Positions 6,124 to 10,966 of a stretch of 10,966 nt of DNA are shown in pieces. The DNA is from a bacterium (GTDB taxonomy: Bacteria; Zhuqueibacterota; Zhuqueibacteria; Zhuqueibacterales; Zhuqueibacteraceae). The translations under genes were made by a program, and so were the position numbers. The stretch is taken from assembly GCA_044869275.1 (NCBI GenBank), contig JBIOXB010000225.1, positions 1 through 10,966 on the forward strand. Direction: 5' to 3'. Under the pieces are notes generated by a model. That model saw nothing but the letters and a program-made list of their open reading frames with translations. It was not told where the DNA came from and made no database searches. Numbering within the stretch: position 1 is the first letter of the stretch; each line of letters begins with the position of its first letter.

Positions 6124-9100
6124 CTACAGTGTTCGAATTCTAATGCCGGTCGGCGCGGCGGGTGGCTGCTCGTCTCCCGCGCCCATGACGAATCGCAGGT
6201 ACACCACCTGATCGCGGCGATTGTCAGCCGACCAAATCCATTGCACGCCTTTATCGGTCGCCATGCCGCGCACGTTTTGGAATTGCGCCCAGGGTTGCGC
6301 CGTTCCGTGCGCACCATACGCCGTCGCCGCACTCCAGCGGCGATCGTCAAAATCAATCCCCTGCCAATTGTTTTCTTCGATCAGGCTGGCTTTCCACTTG
6401 ATATTCGAGACCCAGGATTTATTTTCCGCATAAACCTCGGCAACCAGGCCCCCGGCATTGTCAAAGTTCGTGGCCTTTACGGCGATGACATTCTTGCCTG
6501 CGCGCAGCGGCGCGAGATATTCCTCCGCATTCTGCCAGGAATTGTCACTGCCTAAACGCAAACCGTTGACGTAAATCTCATACCCGTCGTCGCTCGAAAT
6601 CACCACCCGGACATTGCTGCTCTCGCCGGGCTGCGGTTGAATACGGATTTCAAAATTCGTTTTGCCTTTCGCGCCTTCGTCGTCGGTCACCTCCAGGGTC
6701 GCAGGATAGATTCCCACCGCGGTGAATTGGTGCGAAACCTGCACCCCCGGCGCCGTGGCGCCGTCGCCGAAACTCCATTGAAAAGCGGTAATGCTGCCGC
6801 CATCGGGATCATAAGAATTCGCGCCACTCAACGTGAGTGTTGCGCCGGCTTCCCCGACCGTTGCGCCGTTCACCACCGCGACCGGCAAACGATTCGTGGG
6901 CGGGGGAATTTGCGTTTCTTCCACCGCGGCATCGTTGAGCGCAATCCAGGCTTTGTCGATGGTGACCGAACCATCGCCGCCCACCGTGCCCGCGATTTCG
7001 AATTTGCGATAAACGCGCAAATTGATTTGCAGTTCACTGCGATTGCCGCCCACCTCGCTTACCGTGAATAAATCCATTCCGCTGCCTGCGCCTTTGCGCA
7101 AAACGAACGGCACCTGCAATTGATAGTTGCGGTACGTCGCTTGCTCCGGCCGGATGGTGAAATCTACCATGGGATTGATGAGATCCTCCGCCGGTCTCGA
7201 GCTCAAGCGTTCCTCGCGATGCGGATTGTAAAGTGAGAGGCGGAATTTTCCGCCGGCATTTTGATAGAGCACGTAACCCGGAAAATTAATGGCGAGCGCG
7301 CTGCTGTTCAGGGGCGCAAAGGCGGCAACACCCGTGGTGTTGGTGGATTGATCCTTCACGACATGAGCGTTCTGATCTTCCTGCAATATCTGTACGTCCG
7401 GCGAGGCGGCGTATGTTTGCGTTTCGGCAGCGCCGAACGCCGGCAGTAAAACCGCGGCAAAGGAGGCATTCGCCGGTGTGATGCCATGCGCCAGATAAAC
7501 GCGGCCGTAGCCGCTGCTCACGCCTTCCGCGCGCACGGGCGTGGTCCCGGGAAAATAGTAACCCATGCTCTGGTGCTGCAGCCAGGCGAGCTGGCCGAGA
7601 TCGCGATCGCTGCCGGAAGACGAGGGAATCGCACTGCTGCCGGCAGAGGATTGAAACACGCCTGCATCCGCGCGAAAAGTATAAAGCAAGGTGCGCATGC
7701 CGCCGAGCGCAGCAGAGCTCGCGCTGATGCCGCTGCCAATGCAAACCATCTCATGGTCAAAGAAGAACCATGAACGTTGTGCGGCAAAACTGTTGCTCGC
7801 GCCCGTCAAGCGTTGCGCCCCCATGCCGACGTAGCCACCCAGCGTGGAAACGCCGTAGTAACCCCAATTGTTCAACATGGCTTTGATCTCGCTCAGATTC
7901 TCACGGCCGGAATACTCGGAGCCGGGTTCAACCGTGGCGCGTTCATATGCTGCCGGCAAAGTCATGGCATTGAGCAATTGATAGGGGTGGTTCTGAATAT
8001 TTTCGCGGCTCAATTTATCGAGTGTGGCAGGATCGACAATATTCACTGCGCCAAAAATCGGAGCGACGGGCGAGGCTTCCATGTGCGGCTCGACGAGATT
8101 GGCCATGATCAAGCTGCCGAAAAAACCCTCGCGGCGGACCACGAGATAGCGCGCAGTCGGGAACGCGCGCGCCCCGATTGGGCCCGAGGAGCCGGCAGCA
8201 ACCTCTTGCAACATGCTGCGATAGGGCTGCACTTCAGCATACGCCGTGCCGGCAAGCCACTCCGCGCCGAGGCGAATGCGATTTCCGTATGCACCTTGTT
8301 GCTGCGGAAATTTGGAAACCGTGAAAGGATCGCCGTAGCCTTTATAATAAATCCAGCGCAAAAAATGTTTGAACCATTCGAGCGTGAGATTCAAGCCCGT
8401 GCGGCGCAGCGGGTCTTGCTGATTCACACGCGAGCTCACGGCGAAGGGCGTGCCTTCGGTGAATTTTAGATAGCGCGCATAGTCGCCGAAGTGCTGGCCG
8501 CCATAGTGCATGTTCAAGACCTCGTAGTGAAAGAAATAGGTCCAATCATGCTGAATATGCGCATAATCCCCCTGGCTCGTAGCCGTCGCCATGAGCTGGA
8601 CCGCGCTTTCGCTTAGCGCGACGTCCTCAAAATACATCGCCGCCATGAAGCGCGCCCAACCACGCCAAACCGTGTTGGCGCCGTTCCATTCAGTTAGGCT
8701 TTGGCGGTTGACAAAATAGCGCAGCGCGTTTTCCATGCGGCCACGCAGCTCCGAGTTGATGCTCCCGCCGCCCCGCAATAGGCCCTCGGCCAGCGCCCAG
8801 GGCACGCCAATTTCAATCTCCCACCAATTTTCGATGGCGCTGCGTTCGGCAAAATCCAATGCCTGCCGCAAACGCGATTCGCCGGAATTGTTGCCGCAAC
8901 CTGCGGCGCGCGTCAGATCGGCGGCATAATACCATTCCGTCGGGGTGTATCCTCCCCAGCCCTGTCCCACCGGAGTGTTGAGCAACTGCGTGACCCTCGC
9001 CGACATGTCGTAGCACCCCAGATATTCCTGCAGGTATTTTTGTCTGGCGGTGCGAATATCCGCAGCCGTGATTTGGCTCTTCCCTGATTGTGTGAGCATG

Positions 9101-9153
9101 CCCAACAGCAGCAGGCCGATCAAACCGAAGATGAACTCGTGCTTCCTTGCCAT
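6124..9153 (-). CDS. Secreted polysaccharide lyase family 8-like protein with PKD domain, jelly-roll sugar-binding-like domain and PPxAPTG tail (1009 aa)
   Basis: Signal peptide (...QSGKS|Q). PL8 motifs in the expected order: NWWEIEIGVP, GAN (N160), DWTYFFH (H209)...HYG (Y217), AQRSWFFFDHEMVCIGSGI, WLQHQSMGYYFP, HG.TP.NA.F...LLP. PKD at 6640-6894 (P.A...SYDPDG.I..FQWSFGDG...H.F...G.Y...L.VTDD.G). Jelly-roll at 6187-6615 (SDDGYEIYVNG...L.AG.NVIAV...FDD..W..A...WIW). Confidence 0.85.
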   Translation of the reverse strand: MARKHEFIFGLIGLLLLGMLTQSGKSQITAADIRTARQKYLQEYLGCYDMSARVTQLLNTPVGQGWGGYTPTEWYYAADLTRAAGCGNNSGESRLRQALDFAERSAIENWWEIEIGVPWALAEGLLRGGGSINSELRGRMENALRYFVNRQSLTEWNGANTVWRGWARFMAAMYFEDVALSESAVQLMATATSQGDYAHIQHDWTYFFHYEVLNMHYGGQHFGDYARYLKFTEGTPFAVSSRVNQQDPLRRTGLNLTLEWFKHFLRWIYYKGYGDPFTVSKFPQQQGAYGNRIRLGAEWLAGTAYAEVQPYRSMLQEVAAGSSGPIGARAFPTARYLVVRREGFFGSLIMANLVEPHMEASPVAPIFGAVNIVDPATLDKLSRENIQNHPYQLLNAMTLPAAYERATVEPGSEYSGRENLSEIKAMLNNWGYYGVSTLGGYVGMGAQRLTGASNSFAAQRSWFFFDHEMVCIGSGISASSAALGGMRTLLYTFRADAGVFQSSAGSSAIPSSSGSDRDLGQLAWLQHQSMGYYFPGTTPVRAEGVSSGYGRVYLAHGITPANASFAAVLLPAFGAAETQTYAASPDVQILQEDQNAHVVKDQSTNTTGVAAFAPLNSSALAINFPGYVLYQNAGGKFRLSLYNPHREERLSSRPAEDLINPMVDFTIRPEQATYRNYQLQVPFVLRKGAGSGMDLFTVSEVGGNRSELQINLRVYRKFEIAGTVGGDGSVTIDKAWIALNDAAVEETQIPPPTNRLPVAVVNGATVGEAGATLTLSGANSYDPDGGSITAFQWSFGDGATAPGVQVSHQFTAVGIYPATLEVTDDEGAKGKTNFEIRIQPQPGESSNVRVVISSDDGYEIYVNGLRLGSDNSWQNAEEYLAPLRAGKNVIAVKATNFDNAGGLVAEVYAENKSWVSNIKWKASLIEENNWQGIDFDDRRWSAATAYGAHGTAQPWAQFQNVRGMATDKGVQWIWSADNRRDQVVYLRFVMGAGDEQPPAAPTGIRIRTL
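6133..6183 (-). repeat. C-terminal peptide motif copy 2 (GAGDEQPPAAPTGIRIR)
   Basis: Matches the tail at 966-1016; followed by TL-stop. Confidence 0.85.
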
Positions 9154-9218
9154 GAGGTATTTTTTGAAAAAATGTGTTGGGCTTCTCCCTGCTTTTTCCT
9201 CTCGCTGCTACGATGCCC

Positions 9219-9247
9219 ACGATAATTAAAAGGACACCATAAAGCAA
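9219..9247 (-). promoter_or_regulatory. Candidate internal sigma70 promoter for the PL8-like gene
   Basis: Minus strand TTGCTT (9247-9242), 17 nt, then TATCGT (9224-9219), in an AT-rich part of the 192-nt gap. Confidence 0.5.
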
Positions 9248-9345
9248 GTATCTCTCTCATACCGGCGAGCCGCTGCCAGGCGGAAGCATTGCACCGCCTG
9301 TTGGACGAAAACCATCGGACCTGGTCCAGGCAAAGCCATCCCGGC

Positions 9346-9780
9346 CTATGGCGATGCCGGGCTGGCGCCTTGCGCCGCCTCATTCATCTGCAGCAGAATG
9401 GCGTCGATTTCCTGGTACGTCAGCTTGCGATCCTTGATGCCTTCCATAATCGTAGCGCTGAGTCTTTGAAAATCACTTTTCGTGACTTTGCCAAAAGAAA
9501 TGGCATTGGTAAACTGGTCGAGCGTATCGACGAATTTCTCACGATTCTTGGTGACGTAGCCGTCCGGAAAATAGCGGAAGAGATTCCATAAGAAATCTCC
9601 GGCCACGTATTCCGCGGCGGAAGCGAGATATTGCATGCGATTCACCCAGAAGTATCCGCCGATCGTGCCCAGCAGCAGGAAAGCCGCCAGCATGCCGGCG
9701 CCAAGTCCGCGCATGAAAACGCGTTTTTTGATCATCCTGACTTCGGCGTCGAGCAGTTTTCGGTATTTTGCTTCGTCCAT
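9346..9780 (-). CDS. Hypothetical membrane-anchored protein (144 aa)
   Basis: AGGA SD. Basic N-region (IKKRVFMR), one TM (GLGAGMLAAFLLLGTIGGYFWV), then an amphipathic helical-looking region. Co-oriented with its neighbours. Confidence 0.8.
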   Translation of the reverse strand: MDEAKYRKLLDAEVRMIKKRVFMRGLGAGMLAAFLLLGTIGGYFWVNRMQYLASAAEYVAGDFLWNLFRYFPDGYVTKNREKFVDTLDQFTNAISFGKVTKSDFQRLSATIMEGIKDRKLTYQEIDAILLQMNEAAQGASPASP

Positions 9781-9831
9781 CTGAGGTTCTTCCTAAGTTG
9801 TCGTGCAAAAGCGGGGGGAACACCACAAGCT

Positions 9832-10965
9832 TCACCGCTGGCTCAGCCGCGCCGGTTCGCGCGCCATGCCGGTCGCAGCCGGCCCAAGCTCGAGCAGGAG
9901 CTCGGAATCCGTGATCAAATACGTTTCCTCACTCTCTTCGCGGGAGCGCAGATCCACACGGGCAAGATGCGCAACACCATGCGTCGAGGTTCGCAGTGTC
10001 ATTTTGTGTTGGGTGGTTGCCAGCGTCATTTGCGGCAGGCCCTCGTGCTGCAAGCGCAGCTGAGTTTGGCCGGCGGCCTCGAAAGAAAAGTTTCTCACAC
10101 CCTGTACTGCGATTGTTTTCAAAACCGGATGCTTGAATTCGAATGCATGCGGCGTCGCGAGGTTGTCCAAAATATCCAGGGCAATCTGCCTGGGCATGAA
10201 CGTGCGTAATTCGTAGAGCGCATCGGTTTTGATGCACGAATTCGCATAGGGCGGAATCAAAAAATCGCGATAGAGATGGGGATCGCCTGCCATTCCCGCT
10301 TCCGCCGCCTTGACGATATTGTACGCTTCGCGCGCGGAGACGTAATGCAGCTTGAAGTGCCGGCCGTCGTTGTACTGCTCTTCCAAATAGGAGTGCATCA
10401 TTTCGGCTTGATCGCCAAAATTGACTTCAAAATTTTCCTCGCGCGCGCCGTGGGTATGCACTTTCACGAACACCCAATCCGGCCGGCCCGCCACGTGAAT
10501 ATTGCAGTGCAGCCATTGATCGATCCGCTCCGGCGTGGGCAGATCGTGAAAATCGAGGTTCGATTTTTCGACGACGGATTTGCCCGAGAAAAGACGGCCC
10601 AGATACACCTCGATCATGCCTTGAAAAATCATCAAGCGCCGGTCGTCTTTGCTGGCCGTGCCTCCGGCACGAACCGGCTCGCCCCAATCATGATTCTTAT
10701 TGATGCGCCTGCGTGTATCGGCATAATAAATCGCGTTGATTTTGCGCGCCTGCGTCGAGCCGTGACCGGAAGGCATGGTGAAATCGGCATAGCAGCCGGT
10801 ACGCCGCAGAATCTCCAATTCCTGATCCACGCCGCAATACAAGCCGCGGGCAGAATTGTCCAGCGCCCATTTGCCGTGGATGAAGCCGTAATACGATTGG
10901 GGGGTGCGCGCGGCGGTGATCAAAGCGCCGGTTTGGCGGTAGAGCCGTTTCAACCTTTCCACGTG
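9832..10965 (-). CDS. Conserved hypothetical protein typical of polysaccharide loci, possibly a deacetylase/hydrolase-like barrel (5'-partial)
   Basis: Frame is open to the window edge. Motifs FIHGKWALDNS, CGV..EL.IL..TGCYADFTMPS, RID.W....IHV.GRPDW.FVK.HTHG and LHYVSARE.YN..KAAE.G..G.P..YRD match a family I recall from EPS clusters. Function is inferred only. Confidence 0.75.
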   Translation of the reverse strand, partial: HVERLKRLYRQTGALITAARTPQSYYGFIHGKWALDNSARGLYCGVDQELEILRRTGCYADFTMPSGHGSTQARKINAIYYADTRRRINKNHDWGEPVRAGGTASKDDRRLMIFQGMIEVYLGRLFSGKSVVEKSNLDFHDLPTPERIDQWLHCNIHVAGRPDWVFVKVHTHGAREENFEVNFGDQAEMMHSYLEEQYNDGRHFKLHYVSAREAYNIVKAAEAGMAGDPHLYRDFLIPPYANSCIKTDALYELRTFMPRQIALDILDNLATPHAFEFKHPVLKTIAVQGVRNFSFEAAGQTQLRLQHEGLPQMTLATTQHKMTLRTSTHGVAHLARVDLRSREESEETYLITDSELLLELGPAATGMAREPARLSQR

Positions 10966-10966
10966 C

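Noticed and set aside
9277..9300. Hairpin CAGGCGG-N10-CCGCCTG after the 144-aa gene as an intrinsic terminator
   Set aside because: The stem is real but no U-tract follows on the coding strand. It may be a stabilising hairpin, but it is not supportable as a terminator.
4755..10209. Other overlapping ORFs on either strand (for example 4755-5330, 6007-6555, 7777-8469, 8813-9247, 9631-10209)
   Set aside because: They overlap motif-bearing genes, have the Arg/Ala/Pro-rich composition of off-frame translation, and have no independent support.
1..10966. CRISPR arrays, tRNA/rRNA genes, IS elements, integrases or defence systems
   Set aside because: I saw no spaced direct repeats, cloverleaf, terminal inverted repeats or transposase, nuclease or RT motifs. 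The methyltransferase lacks DNA-MTase catalytic motifs (DPPY/NPPY/PC).

Overview
Bacterial, moderately GC-rich window with nine co-oriented minus-strand genes and the probable 3' end of a convergent plus-strand gene (1-96). In transcription order the minus-strand genes are: a 5'-truncated conserved protein of a kind I associate with polysaccharide loci, a single-TM protein, a 1009-aa secreted divergent polysaccharide lyase family 8 (PL8) protein with PKD and jelly-roll modules, a 3-TM small protein, a GT2 glycosyltransferase, an ArnA/UDP-glucuronate-decarboxylase-like SDR, a class I SAM methyltransferase, a 598-aa secreted putative glycoside hydrolase with a golvesin/xanthan-lyase-type C-terminal module, and a SufE-family gene with its own candidate promoter. 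I read this as the distal end of a surface or exopolysaccharide locus with embedded secreted glycan-processing enzymes (inference). The strongest unexplained signal is that the two otherwise unrelated secreted enzymes end in the same 17-aa tail, GxGDxxPPxAPTG(V/I)R(V/I)R, a candidate sorting or docking signal. A tightly folding three-way-junction leader also covers the methyltransferase ribosome-binding site. I saw no rRNA, tRNA, CRISPR array or mobile element. All family calls come from motif recognition by eye, not database searches.
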